DNA of 64,000 bases from Auanema rhodensis (GCA_964057225.1 OZ059897.1:19840001-19904000), one strand, 5' to 3'. Shown: positions 38,301-53,713, counted from the stretch's first letter. The notes: generated by a model from the sequence alone, not told the origin. Made by a program: numbers and translations.

Positions 38301-41300
38301 TTGAAGAACGCTTAATACAAAAATTAGTTATGATCGTTTGAAAAATGATGCATTAGTGTATGTTGAGTTTCCATGTACACTCAACATTGCTTCCAAAAAC
38401 ATTTTGACAAAAATTTTTTCGAAAAATTTCAAAATAATTTAGCAAAAAGTAGATGTTTTTAGATTCCTTTTTTCAAGGCAAAGACGATGGACAATGTTAT
38501 TCAACTAAAAAATTATTTCTTCAGGGTGAAAATCGAGGATATAAGTGTGAACTTATATCAGTTGATATCTCGGTGCATTTTTAAGCTAGCGCAAATCTGA
38601 TAACACAGATCGACGCAGCTTAAAAATCCGGATCGAATGCACTATACTACATTGAAGAACGCTTAATACAAAAATTAGTTATGATCGTTTGAAAAATGAT
38701 GCATTAGTGTATGTTGAGTTTCCATGTACACTCAACATTGCTTCCAAAAACATTTTGACAAAAATTTTTTCGAAAAATTTCAAAATAATTTAGCAAAAAG
38801 TAGATGTTTTTAGATTCCATTTTTCAAGGCAAAGACGATGGACAATGTTATTCAACGAAAAAATTAATTCTTCAGGGTGAAAATCGAGGATATAAGTGTG
38901 AACTTATATCAGTTGATATCTCGGTGCATTTTTAAGCTAGCGCAAATCTGATAACACAGATCGACGCAGCTTAAAAATCCGGATCGAATGCACTATACTA
39001 CATTAAGAAACGCTTGATACAAAAATTAGTTATGATCGTTTGAAAAATGATGCATTAGTGTATGTTGAGTTTCCATGTACACTCAACATTGCTTCCAAAA
39101 ACATTTTGACAAAAATTTTTTCGAAAAATTTCAAAATAATTTAGCAAAAAGTAGAAGTTTTTAGATTCCTTTTTTCAAGGCAAAGACGATGGACAATGTT
39201 ATTCAACGAAAAAATTAATTCTTCAGGGTGAAAATCGAGGATATAAGTGTGAACTTATATCAGTTGATATCTCGGTGCATTTTTAAGCTAGCGCAAATCT
39301 GATAACACAGATCGACGCAGCTTAAAAATCCGCATCGAATGCACTATACTACATTGAGAAACGCTTGATACAAAAATTAGTTATAATCGTTTGAAAAATG
39401 ATGCATTAGTGTATGTTGAGTTTCCATGTACACTCAACATTGCTTCCAAAAACATTTTGACAAAAATTTTTTCGAAAAATTTCAAAATAATTTAGCAAAA
39501 AGTAGATGTTTTTAGATTTCATTTTTCAAGGCAAAGACGATGGACAATGTTATTCAACGAAAAAATTAATTCTTCAGGGTGAAAATCAAGGATATAAGTG
39601 TGAACTTATAAAAGTTGATATCTCGGTGCATTTTTAAGCTAGCGCAAATCTGATAACACAGATCGACGCAGCTTAAAAATCCGCATCGAATGCACTTTAC
39701 TACATTGAGAAACGCTTGATACAAAAATTAGTTATAATCGTTTGAAAAATGATGCATTAGTGTATGTTGAGTTTCCATGTACACTCAACATTGCTTCCAA
39801 AAACATTTTGACAAAAATTTTTTCGAAAAATTTCAAAATAATTCAGCAAAAAGTAGATGTTTTTAGATTCCATTTTTCAAGGCAAAGACGATGGACAATG
39901 TTATTCAACGAAAAAATTAATTCTTCAGGGTGAAAATCGAGGATATAAGTGTGAACTTATAAAAGTTGATATCTCGGTGCATTTTTAAGCTAGCGCAAAT
40001 CTGATAACACAGATCGACGCAGCTTAAAAATCCGCATCGAATGCACTATACTACATTGAGAAACGCTTGATACAAAAATTAGTTATAATCGTTTGAAAAA
40101 TGATGCATTAGTGTATGTTGAGTTTCCATGTACACTCAACATTGCTTCCAAAAACATTTTGACAAAAATTTTTTCGAAAAATTTCAAAATAATTTAGCAA
40201 AAAGTAGATGTTTTTAGATTCCTTTTTTCAAGGCAAAGACGATGGACAATGTTATTCAACTAAAAAATTATTTCTTCAGGGTGAAAATCGAGGATATAAG
40301 TGTGAACTTATATCAGTTGATATCTCGGTGCATTTTTAAGCTAGCGCAAATCTGATAACACAGATCGACGCAGCTTAAAAATCCGGATCGAATGCACTAT
40401 ACTACATTGAAGAACGCTTAATACAAAAATTAGTTATGATCGTTTGAAAAATGATGCATTAGTGTATGTTGAGTTTCCATGTACACTCAACATTGCTTCC
40501 AAAAACATTTTGACAAAAATTTTTTCGAAAAATTTCAAAATAATTTAGCAAAAAGTAGATGTTTTTAGATTCCTTTTTTCAAGGCAAAGACGATGGACAA
40601 TGTTATTCAACTAAAAAATTATTTCTTCAGGGTGAAAATCGAGGATATAAGTGTGAACTTATATCAGTTGATATCTCGGTGCATTTTTAAGCTAGCGCAA
40701 ATCTGATAACACAGATCGACGCAGCTTAAAAATCCGGATCGAATGCACTATACTACATTGAAGAACGCTTAATACAAAAATTAGTTATGATCGTTTGAAA
40801 AATGATGCATTAGTGTATGTTGAGTTTCCATGTACACTCAACATTGCTTCCAAAAACATTTTGACAAAAATTTTTTCGAAAAATTTCAAAATAATTTAGC
40901 AAAAAGTAGATGTTTTTAGATTCCATTTTTCAAGGCAAAGACGATGGACAATGTTATTCAACGAAAAAATTAATTCTTCAGGGTGAAAATCGAGGATATA
41001 AGTGTGAACTTATATCAGTTGATATCTCGGTGCATTTTTAAGCTAGCGCAAATCTGATAACACAGATCGACGCAGCTTAAAAATCCGGATCGAATGCACT
41101 ATACTACATTAAGAAACGCTTGATACAAAAATTAGTTATGATCGTTTGAAAAATGATGCATTAGTGTATGTTGAGTTTCCATGTACACTCAACATTGCTT
41201 CCAAAAACATTTTGACAAAAATTTTTTCGAAAAATTTCAAAATAATTTAGCAAAAAGTAGAAGTTTTTAGATTCCTTTTTTCAAGGCAAAGACGATGGAC

Positions 41301-41810
41301 AATGTTATTCAACGAAAAAATTAATTCTTCAGGGTGAAAATCGAGGATATAAGTGTGAACTTATATCAGTTGATATCTCGGTGCATTTTTAAGCTAGCGC
41401 AAATCTGATAACACAGATCGACGCAGCTTAAAAATCCGCATCGAATGCACTATACTACATTGAGAAACGCTTGATACAAAAATTAGTTATAATCGTTTGA
41501 AAAATGATGCATTAGTGTATGTTGAGTTTCCATGTACACTCAACATTGCTTCCAAAAACATTTTGACAAAAATTTTTTCGAAAAATTTCAAAATAATTTA
41601 GCAAAAAGTAGATGTTTTTAGATTTCATTTTTCAAGGCAAAGACGATGGACAATGTTATTCAACGAAAAAATTAATTCTTCAGGGTGAAAATCGAGGATA
41701 TAAGTGTGAACTTATAAAAGTTGATATCTCGGTGCATTTTTAAGCTAGCGCAAATCTGATAACACAGATCGACGCAGCTTAAAAATCCGCATCGAATGCA
41801 CTTTACTACA
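26360..41810. repeat. Near-perfect tandem duplication of a 22-monomer, 7,725-bp unit
   Basis: Private markers recur at exactly +7725: GAAAGTCGAG 27645/35370, CACTTCACT 28811/36536, and ORFs 28506/36231, 29209/36934, 32017/39742. One difference was noticed (G31863 vs A39588). Confidence 0.9.
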
Positions 41811-44234
41811 TTGAGAAACGCTTGATACAAAAATTAGTTATAATCGTTTGAAAAATGATGCATTAGTGTATGTTGAGTTTCCATGTACACTCAACATTGC
41901 TTCCAAAAACATTTTGACAAAAATTTTTTCGAAAAATTTCAAAATAATTCAGCAAAAAGTAGATGTTTTTAGATTCCATTTTTCAAGGCAAAGACGATGG
42001 ACAATGTTATTCAACGAAAAAATTAATTCTTCAGGGTGAAAATCGAGGATATAAGTGTGAACTTATAAAAGTTGATATCTCGGTGCATTTTTAAGCTAGC
42101 GCAAATCTGATAACACAGATCGACGCAGCTTAAAAATCCGCATCGAATGCACTATACTACATTGAGAAACGCTTGATACAAAAATTAGTTATAATCGTTT
42201 GAAAAATGATGCATTAGTGTATGTTGAGTTTCCATGTACACTCAACATTGCTTCCAAAAACATTTTGACAAAAATTTTTTCGAAAAATTTCAAAATAATT
42301 TAGCAAAAAGTAGATGTTTTTAGATTTCATTTTTCAAGGCAAAGACGATGGACAATGTTATTCAACGAAAAAATTAATTCTTCAGGGTGAAAATCGAGGA
42401 TATAAGTGTGAACTTATAAAAGTTGATATCTCGGTGCATTTTTAAGCTAGCGCAAATCTGATAACACAGATCGACGCAGCTTAAAAATCCGCATCGAATG
42501 CACTTTACTACATTGAGAAACGCTTGATACAAAAATTAGTTATAATCGTTTGAAAAATGATGCATTAGTGTATGTTGAGTTTCCATGTACACTCAACATT
42601 GCTTCCAAAAACATTTTGACAAAAATTTTTTCGAAAAATTTCAAAATAATTTAGCAAAAAGTAGATGTTTTTAGATTTCATTTTTCAAGGCAAAGACGAT
42701 GGACAATGTTATTCAACGAAAAAATTAATTCTTCAGGGTGAAAATCGAGGATATAGGTGTGAACTTATATCAGTTGATATCTCGGTGCATTTTTAAGCTA
42801 GCGCAAATCTGATAACACAGATCGACGCAGCTTAAAAATCCGCATCGAATGCACTATACTACATTGAGAAACGCTTGATACAAAAATTAGTTCTGATGGT
42901 TTGGGAAATGATGCATTAGTGTATGTTGAGTTTCCATGTACACTCAACATTGCTTCCAAAAACATTTTGACAAAAATTTTTTCGAAAAATTTCAGAATAA
43001 TTTAGCAAAAAGTAGATGTTTTTAGATTCCATTTTTCAAGGCAAAGACGATGGACAATGTTATTCAACGAAAAAATTAATTCTTCAGGGTGAAAATCGAG
43101 GATATAAGTGTGAACTTATATCAGTTGATATCTCGGTGCATTTTTAAGCTAGCGCAAATCTGATAACACAGATCGACGCAGCTTAAAAATCCGCATCGAA
43201 TGCACTATACTACATTGAAGAACGCTTAATACAAAAATTAGTTATGATCGTTTGAAAAATGATGCATTAGTGTATGTTGAGTTTCCATGTACACTCAACA
43301 TTGCTTCCAAAAACATTTTGACAAAAATTTTTTCGAAAAATTTCAAAATAATTTAGCAAAAAGTAGATGTTTTTAGATTCCTTTTTTCAAGGCAAAGACG
43401 ATGGACAATGTTATTCAACTAAAAAATTATTTCTTCAGGGTGAAAATCGAGGATATAAGTGTGAACTTATATCAGTTGATATCTCGGTGCATTTTTAAGC
43501 TAGCGCAAATCTGATAACACAGATCGACGCAGCTTAAAAATCCGGATCGAATGCACTATACTACATTGAAGAACGCTTAATACAAAAATTAGTTATGATC
43601 GTTTGAAAAATGATGCATTAGTGTATGTTGAGTTTCCATGTACACTCAACATTGCTTCCAAAAACATTTTGACAAAAATTTTTTCGAAAAATTTCAAAAT
43701 AATTTAGCAAAAAGTAGATGTTTTTAGATTCCATTTTTCAAGGCAAAGACGATGGACAATGTTATTCAACGAAAAAATTAATTCTTCAGGGTGAAAATCG
43801 AGGATATAAGTGTGAACTTATATCAGTTGATATCTCGGTGCATTTTTAAGCTAGCGCAAATCTGATAACACAGATCGACGCAGCTTAAAAATCCGGATCG
43901 AATGCACTATACTACATTAAGAAACGCTTGATACAAAAATTAGTTATGATCGTTTGAAAAATGATGCATTAGTGTATGTTGAGTTTCCATGTACACTCAA
44001 CATTGCTTCCAAAAACATTTTGACAAAAATTTTTTCGAAAAATTTCAAAATAATTTAGCAAAAAGTAGAAGTTTTTAGATTCCTTTTTTCAAGGCAAAGA
44101 CGATGGACAATGTTATTCAACGAAAAAATTAATTCTTCAGGGTGAAAATCGAGGATATAAGTGTGAACTTATATCAGTTGATATCTCGGTGCATTTTTAA
44201 GCTAGCGCAAATCTGATAACACAGATCGACGCAG
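41778..44234. repeat. Third copy of a 7-monomer sub-block of the 22-mer (other copies start at ~29139 and ~36864)
   Basis: The haplotype order is the same. The offset from the second copy is 4914 = 14x351 (ORFs 36934/41848). Confidence 0.8.
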
Positions 44235-47200
44235 CTTAAAAATCCGCATCGAATGCACTATACTACATTGAAAAACGCTTAATACAAAAATTAGTTATGA
44301 TCGATTGAAAAATGATGCATTAGTGTATGTTGAGTTTTCATGTACACTCAACATTGCTTCCAAAAACATTTTGACAAAAATTTTTTCGAAAAATTTCAGA
44401 ATAATTTAGCAAAAAGTAGATGTTTTTAGATTCCTTTTTTCAAGGCAAAGACGATGGACAATGTTATTTAACGAAAAAATTAATTCTTCAGGGTGAAAAT
44501 CGAGGATATAAGTGTAAACTTATATCAGTTGATATCTCGGTGCATTTTTAAGCTAGCGCAAATCTGATAACACAGATCGACGCAGCTTAAAAATCCGCAT
44601 CGAATGCACTATACTACATTGAGAAACGCTTAGTACAAAAATTAGTTATGATCGTTTGAAAAATGATGCATTAGTGTATGTTGAGTTTCCATGTACACTC
44701 AACATTGCTTCCAAAAACATTTTGACAAAAATTTTTTTCGAAAAATTTCAAAATAATTTAGCAAAAAGTAGATGTTTTTAGATTCCTTTTTTCAAGGCAA
44801 AGACGATGGACAATGTTATTCAACGAAAAAATTAATTCTTCAGGGTGAAAATCGAGGATATAAGTGTAAACTTATATCAGTTGATATCTCGGTGCATTTT
44901 TAAGCTAGCGCAAATCTGATAACACAGATCGACGCAGCTTAAAAATCCGCATCGAATGCACTATACTACATTGAGAAACGCTTAATACAAAAATTAGTTA
45001 TGATCGTTTGAAAAATGATGCATTAGTGTATGTTGAGTTTCCATGTACACTCAACATTGCTTCCAAAAACATTTTGACAAAAATTTTTTTCGAAAAATTT
45101 CAAAATAATTTAGCAAAAAGTAGATGTTTTTAGATTCCTTTTTTCAAGGCAAAGACGATGGACAATGTTATTCAACGAAAAAATTAATTCTTCAGGGTGA
45201 AAATCGAGGATATAAGTGTAAACTTATATCAGTTGATATCTCGGTGCATTTTTAAGCTAGCGCAAATCTGATAACACAGATCGACGCAGCTTAAAAATCC
45301 GCATCGAATGCACTATACTACATTGAGAAACGCTTAATACAAAAATTAGTTATGATCGTTTGAAAAATGATGCATTAGTGTATGTTGAGTTTCCATGTAC
45401 ACTCAACATTGCTTCCAAAAACATTTTGACAAAAATTTTTTCGAAAAATTTCAAAATAATTTAGCAAAAAGTAGATGTTTTCAGATTCCTTTTTCCAAGG
45501 CAAAGACGATGGACAATGTTATTTAACGAAAAAATTAATTCTTCAGGGTGAAAATCGAGGATATAAGTGTAAACTTATATCAGTTGATATCTCGGTGCAT
45601 TTTTAAGCTAACGCAAATCTGATAACACAGATCGACGCAGCTTAAAAATCCGCATCGAATGCACTATACTACATTGAGAAACGCTTAATACAAAAATTAG
45701 TTATGATCGTTTGAAAAATGATGCATTAGTGTATGTTGAGTTTCCATGTACACTCAACATTGCTTCCAAAAACATTTTGACAAAAATTTTTTCGAAAAAT
45801 TTCAAAATAATTTAGCAAAAAGTAGATGTTTTTAGATTCCTTTTTTCAAGGCAAAGACGATGGACAATGTTATTCAACGAAAAAATTAATTCTTCAGGGT
45901 GAAAATCGAGGATATAAGTGTAAACTTATATCAGTTGATATCTCGGTGCATTTTTAAGCTAGCGCAAATCTGATAACACAGATCGACGCAGCTTAAAAAT
46001 CCGCATCGAATGCACTATACTACATTGAGAAACGCTTAATACAAAAATTAGTTATGATCGTTTGAAAAATGATGCATTAGTGTATGTTGAGTTTCCATGT
46101 ACACTCAACATTGCTTCCAAAAACATTTTGACAAAAATTTTTTCGAAAAATTTCAAAATAATTTAGCAAAAAGTAGATGTTTTCAGATTCCTTTTTCCAA
46201 GGCAAAGACGATGGACAATGTTATTTAACGAAAAAATTAATTCTTCAGGGTGAAAATCGAGGATATAAGTGTAAACTTATATCAGTTGATATCTCGGTGC
46301 ATTTTTAAGCTAACGCAAATCTGATAACACAGATCGACGCAGCTTAAAAATCCGCATCGAATGCACTATACTACATTGAGAAACGCTTAATACAAAAATT
46401 AGTTATGATCGTTTGAAAAATGATGCATTAGTGTATGTTGAGTTTCCATGTACACTCAACATTGCTTCCAAAAACATTTTGACAAAAATTTTTTCGAAAA
46501 ATTTCAAAATAATTTAGCAAAAAGTAGATGTTTTTAGATTCCTTTTTTCAAGGCAAAGACGATGGACAATGTTATTCAACGAAAAAATTAATTCTTCAGG
46601 GTGAAAATCGAGGATATAAGTGTGAACTTATATCAGTTGATATCTCGGTGCATTTTTAAGCTAGCGCAAATCTGATAACACAGATCGACGCAGCTTAAAA
46701 ATCCGGATCGAATGCACTATACTACATTAAGAAACGCTTGATACAAAAATTAGTTATGATCGTTTGAAAAATGATGCATTAGTGTATGTTGAGTTTCCAT
46801 GTACACTCAACATTGCTTCCAAAAACATTTTGACAAAAATTTTTTCGAAAAATTTCAAAATAATTTAGCAAAAAGTAGATGTTTTTAGATTCCTTTTTTC
46901 AAGGCAAAGACGATGGACAATGTTATTTAACGAAAAAATTAAATCTTCAGGGTGAAAATCGAGGATATAAGTGTAAACTTATATCAGTTGATATCTCGGT
47001 GCATTTTTAAGCTAGCGCAAATCTGATAACACAGATCGACGCAGCTTAAAAATCCGCATCGAATGCACTATACTACATTGAGAAACGCTTAATACAAAAA
47101 TTAGTTATGATCGTTTGAAAAGTGATGCATTAGTGTATGTTGAGTTTCCATGTACACTCAACATTGCTTCCAAAAACATTTTGACAAAAATTTTTTCGAA

Positions 47201-47395
47201 AAATTTCAAAATAATTTAGCAAAAAGTAGATGTTTTTAGATTCCTTTTTTCAAGGCAAAGACGATGGACAATGTTATTTAACGAAAAAATTAAATCTTCA
47301 GGGTGAAAATCGAGGATATAAGTGTAAACTTATATCAGTTGATATCTCGGTGCATTTTTAAGCTAGCGCAAATCTGATAACACAGATCGACGCAG

Positions 47396-49501
47396 CTTAA
47401 AAATCCGCATCGAATGCACTATAATACCTTGAGAAACGCTTAATACAAAAATTAGTTATGATCGTTTGAAAAATGATGCATTAGTGTATGTTGAGTTTCC
47501 ATGTACACTCAACATTGCTTCCAAAAACATTTTGACAAAAATTTTTTCGAAAAATTTCAAAATAATTTAGCAAAAAGTAGATGTTTTCAGATTCCTTTTT
47601 TCAAGGCAAAGACGATGGACAATGTTATTTAACGAAAAATTTAATTCTTCAGGGTGAATATCGAGGATATAACTGTAAACTTATATCAGTTGATATCTCG
47701 GTGCATTTTTAAGCTAACGCAAATCTGATAACACAGATCGACGCAGCTTAAAAATCCGCATCGAATGCACTATACTACATTGAGAAACGCTTAATACAAA
47801 AATTAGTTATGATCGTTTGAAAAATGATGCATTAGTGTATGTTGAGTTTCCATGTACACTCAACATTGCTTCCAAAAACATTTTGACAAAAATTTTTTCG
47901 AAAAATTTCAAAATAATTTAGCAAAAAGTAGATGTTTTTAGATTCTATTTTTCAAGGCAAAGACGATGGACAATGTTATTCAACGAAAAAATTAATTCTT
48001 CAGGGTGAAAATCGAGGATATAAGTGTGAACTTATATCAGTTGATATCTCGGTGCATTTTTAAGCTAGCGCAAATCTGATAACACAGATCGACGCAGCTT
48101 AAAAATCCGGATCGAATGCACTATACTACATTAAGAAACGCTTGATACAAAAATTAGTTATGATCGTTTGAAAAATGATGCATTAGTGTATGTTGAGTTT
48201 CCATGTACACTCAACATTGCTTCCAAAAACATTTTGACAAAAATTTTTTCGAAAAATTTCAAAATAATTTAGCAAAAAGTAGATGTTTTTAGATTCCTTT
48301 TTTCAAGGCAAAGACGATGGACAATGTTATTTAACGAAAAAATTAATTCTTCAGGGTGAAAATCGAGGATATAAGTGTAAACTTATATCAGTTGATATCT
48401 CGGTGCATTTTTAAGCTAGCGCAAATCTGATAACACAGATCGACGCAGCTTAAAAATCCGCATCGAATGCACTATACTACATTGAGAAACGCTTAATACA
48501 AAAATTAGTTATGATCGTTTGAAAAATGATGCATTAGTGTATGTTGAGTTTCCATGTACACTCAACATTGCTTCCAAAAACATTTTGACAAAAATTTTTT
48601 CGAAAAATTTCAAAATAATTTAGCAAAAAGTAGATGTTTTCAGATTCCTTTTTTCAAGGCAAAGACGATGGACAATGTTATTTAACGAAAAATTTAATTC
48701 TTCAGGGTGAATATCGAGGATATAACTGTAAACTTATATCAGTTGATATCTCGGTGCATTTTTAAGCTAACGCAAATCTGATAACACAGATCGACGCAGC
48801 TTAAAAATCCGCATCGAATGCACTATACTACATTGAGAAACGCTTAATACAAAAATTAGTTATGATCGTTTGAAAAATGATGCATTAGTGTATGTTGAGT
48901 TTCCATGTACACTCAACATTGCTTCCAAAAACATTTTGACAAAAATTTTTTCGAAAAATTTCAAAATAATTTAGCAAAAAGTAGATGTTTTTAGATTCTA
49001 TTTTTCAAGGCAAAGACGATGGACAATGTTATTCAACGAAAAAATTAATTCTTCAGGGTGAAAATCGAGGATATAAGTGTGAACTTATATCAGTTGATAT
49101 CTCGGTGCATTTTTAAGCTAGCGCAAATCTGATAACACAGATCGACGCAGCTTAAAAATCCGGATCGAATGCACTATACTACATTAAGAAACGCTTGATA
49201 CAAAAATTAGTTATGATCGTTTGAAAAATGATGCATTAGTGTATGTTGAGTTTCCATGTACACTCAACATTGCTTCCAAAAACATTTTGACAAAAATTTT
49301 TTCGAAAAATTTCAAAATAATTTAGCAAAAAGTAGATGTTTTTAGATTCCTTTTTTCAAGGCAAAGACGATGGACAATGTTATTTAACGAAAAAATTAAT
49401 TCTTCAGGGTGAAAATCGAGGATATAAGTGTAAACTTATATCAGTTGATATCTCGGTGCATTTTTAAGCTAACGCAAATCTGATAACACAGATCGACGCA
49501 G
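47396..49501. repeat. Two copies of a 3-mer HOR (1053 bp)
   Basis: GGTGAATATCGAGGATATAACTG is marked at 47659 and 48712. Each is followed by a GATTCTATTT monomer and then a CCGGATC monomer. Confidence 0.8.
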
Positions 49502-52500
49502 CTTAAAAATCCGCATCGAATGCACTATACTACATTGAGAAACGCTTAATACAAAAATTAGTTATGATCGTTTGAAAAATGATGCATTAGTGTATGTTGA
49601 GTTTCCATGTACACTCAACATTGCTTCCAAAAACATTTTGACAAAAATTTTTTCGAAAAATTTCAAAATAATTTAGCAAAAAGTAGATGTTTTTAAATTC
49701 CTTTTTTCAAGGCAAAGACGATGGACAATGTTATTCAACGAAAAAATTAATTCTTCAGGGTGAAAATCGAGGATATAAGTGTGAACTTATATCAGTTGAT
49801 ATCTCGGTGCATTTTTAAGCTAGCGCAAATCTGATAACACAGATCGACGCAGCTTAAAAATCCGGATCGAATGCACTATACTACATTAAGAAACGCTTGA
49901 TACAAAAATTAGTTATGATCGTTTGAAAAATGATGCATTTGTGTATGTTGAGTTTCCATGTACACTCAACATTGCTTCCAAAAACATTTTGACAAAAATT
50001 TTTTCGAAAAATTTCAAAATAATTTAGCAAAAAGTAGATGTTTTTAGATTCCTTTTTTCAAGGCAAAGACGATGGACAATGTTATTTAACGAAAAAATTA
50101 AATCTTCAGGGTGAAAATCGAGGATATAAGTGTAAACTTATATCAGTTGATATCTCGGTGCATTTTTAAGCTAGCGCAAATCTGATAACACAGATCGACG
50201 CAGCTTAAAAATCCGCATCGAATGCACTATACTACATTGAGAAACGCTTAATACAAAAATTAGTTATGATCGTTTGAAAAATGATGCATTAGTGTATGTT
50301 GAGTTTCCATGTACACTCAACATTGCTTCCAAAAACATTTTGACAAAAATTTTTTCGAAAAATTTCAAAATAATTTAGCAAAAAGTAGATGTTTTTAGAT
50401 TCCTTTTTTCAAGGCAAAGACGATGGACAATGTTATTTAACGAAAAAATTAAATCTTCAGGGTGAAAATCGAGGATATAAGTGTAAACTTATATCAGTTG
50501 ATATCTCGGTGCATTTTTAAGCTAGCGCAAATCTGATAACACAGATCGACGCAGCTTAAAAATCCGCATCGAATGCACTATACTACATTGAGAAACGCTT
50601 AATACAAAAATTAGTTATGATCGTTTGAAAAATGATGCATTAGTGTATGTTGAGTTTCCATGTACACTCAACATTGCTTCCAAAAACATTTTGACAAAAA
50701 TTTTTTCGAAAAATTTCAAAATAATTTAGCAAAAAGTAGATGTTTTTAGATTCTATTTTTCAAGGCAAAGACGATGGACAATGTTATTCAACGAAAAAAT
50801 TAATTCTTCAGGGTGAAAATCGAGGATATAAGTGTGAACTTATATCAGTTGATATCTCGGTACATTTTTAAGCTAGCGCAAATCTGATAACACAGATCGA
50901 CGCAGCTTAAAAATCCGCATCGAATGCACTATACTACATGGAAGAACGCTTAATACAAAAATTAGTTATGATCGTTTGAAAAATGATGCATTAGTGTATG
51001 TTGAGTTTCCATGTACACTCAACATTGCTTCCAAAAACATTTTGACAAAAATTTTTTCAAAAAATTTCAAAATAATTTAGCAAAAAGTAGATGTTTTTAG
51101 ATTCCTTTTTTCAAGGCAAAGACGATGGACAATGTTATTCAACGAAAAAGTTAATTCTTCAGGGTGAAAATCGAGGATATAAGTGTGAACTTATATCAGT
51201 TGATATCTCGGTACATTTTTAAGCTAGCGCAAATCTGATAACACAGATCGACGCAGCTTAAAAATCCGCATCGAATGCACTATACTACATTGAGAAACGC
51301 TTAATACAAAAATTAGTTATGATCGTTTGAAAAATGATGCATTAGTGTATGTTGAGTTTCCATGTACACTCAACATTGCTTCCAAAAACATTTTGACAAA
51401 AACTTTTTCGAAAAATTTCAAAATAATTTAGCAAAAAGTAGATGTTTTTAGATTCCTTTTTTCAAGGCAAAGACGATGGACAATGTTATTCAACGAAAAA
51501 ATTATTTCTTCAGGGTGAAAATCGAGGATATAAGTGTGAACTTATATCAGTTGATATATCGGTGCATTTTTAAGCTAGCGCAAATCTGATAACACAGATC
51601 GACGCAGCTTAAAAATCCGCATCGAATGCACTATACTACATTGAGAAACGCTTAATACAAAAATTAGTTATGATCGTTTGAAAAATGATGCATTAGTGTA
51701 TGTTGAGTTTCCATGTACACTCAACATTGCTTCCAAAAACATTTTGACAAAAATTTTTTCGAAAAATTTCAAAATAATTTAGCAAAAAGTAGATGTTTTT
51801 AGATTCCTTTTTTCAAGGCAAAGACGATGGACAATGTTATTTAACGAAAAAATTAAATCTTCAGGGTGAAAATCGAGGATATAAGTGTAAACTTATATCA
51901 GTTGATATCTCGGTGCATTTTTAAGCTAGCGCAAATCTGATAACACAGATCGACGCAGCTTAAAAATCCGCATCGAATGCACTATACTACATTGAGAAAC
52001 GCTTAATACAAAAATTAGTTATGATCGTTTGAAAAATGATGCATTAGTGTATGTTGAGTTTCCATGTACACTCAACATTGCTTCCAAAAACATTTTGACA
52101 AAAATTTTTTCGAAAAATTTCAAAATAATTTAGCAAAAAGTAGATGTTTTTAGATTCCTTTTTTCAAGGCAAAGACGATGGACAATGTTATTCAACGAAA
52201 AAATTATTTCTTCAGGGTGAAAATCGAGGATATAAGTGTGAACTTATATCAGTTGATATATCGGTGCATTTTTAAGCTAGCGCAAATCTGATAACACAGA
52301 TCGACGCAGCTTAAAAATCCGGATCGAATGCACTATACTACATTAAGAAACGCTTGATACAAAAATTAGTTATGATCGTTTGAAAAATGATGCATTAGTG
52401 TATGTTGAGTTTCCATGTACACTCAACATTGCTTCCAAAAACATTTTGACAAAAATTTTTTCGAAAAATTTCAAAATAATTTAGCAAAAAGTAGATGTTT

Positions 52501-53713
52501 TTAGATTCCTTTTTTCAAGGCAAAGACGATGGACAATGTTATTTAACGAAAAAATTAATTCTTCAGGGTGAAAATCGAGGATATAAGTGTAAACTTATAT
52601 CAGTTGATATCTCGGTGCATTTTTAAGCTAGCGCAAATCTGATAACACAGATCGACGCAGCTTAAAAATCCGGATCGAATGCACTATACTACATTAAGAA
52701 ACGCTTGATACAAAAATTAGTTATGATCGTTTGAAAAATGATGCATTAGTGTATGTTGAGTTTCCATGTACACTCAACATTGCTTCCAAAAACATTTTGA
52801 CAAAAATTTTTTCGAAAAATTTCAAAATAATTTAGCAAAAAGTAGATGTTTTTAGATTCCTTTTTTCAAGGCAAAGACGATGGACAATGTTATTTAACGA
52901 AAAAATTAATTCTTCAGGGTGAAAATCGAGGATATAAGTGTAAACTTATATCAGTTGATATCTCGGTGCATTTTTAAGCTAACGCAAATCTGATAACACA
53001 GATCGACGCAGCTTAAAAATCCGCATCGAATGCACTATACTACATTGAGAAACGCTTAATACAAAAATTAGTTATGATCGTTTGAAAAATGATGCATTAG
53101 TGTATGTTGAGTTTCCATGTACACTCAACATTGCTTCCAAAAACATTTTGACAAAAATTTTTTCGAAAAATTTCAAAATAATTTAGCAAAAAGTAGATGT
53201 TTTTAGATTCCTTTTCTCAAGGCAAAGACGATGGACAATGTTATTCAACGAAAAAATTAATTCTTCAGGGTGAAAATCGAGGATATAAGTGTGAACTTAT
53301 ATCAGTTGATATCTCGGTACATTTTTAAGCTAGCGCAAATCTGATAACACAGATCGACGCAGCTTAAAAATCCGCATCGAATGCACTATACTACATTGAG
53401 AAACGCTTAATACAAAAATTAGTTATGATCGTTTGAAAAATGATGCATTAGTGTATGTTGAGTTTCCATGTACACTCAACATTGCTTCCAAAAACATTTT
53501 GACAAAAATTTTTTCGAAAAATTTCAAAATAATTTAGCAAAAAGTAGATGTTTTTAGATTCCTTTTTTCAAGGCAAAGACGATGGACAATGTTATTCAAC
53601 GAAAAAATTATTTCTTCAGGGTGAAAATCGAGGATATAAGTGTGAACTTATATCAGTTGATATATCGGTGCATTTTTAAGCTAGCGCAAATCTGATAACA
53701 CAGATCGACGCAG

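Larger units (their letters stand above)
24571..44234. repeat. Variant domain III: CCGGATC / GAAGAAC / TAAGAAAC / CACTTTACT / TTCTGATGG monomers
   Basis: These markers first appear at or after ~24.6-24.9 kb. The domain I marker TTTTAAGATTCAAT is last seen at ~24060. Boundaries are approximate. Confidence 0.75.

Noticed and set aside
8846-42039. Repeated 63-aa ORF MKNDALVYVEF...
   Set aside because: It starts at TTG, overlaps the other ORF in a different frame, and exists only in monomers with the TAG>CAG variant. There is no sign of coding constraint.
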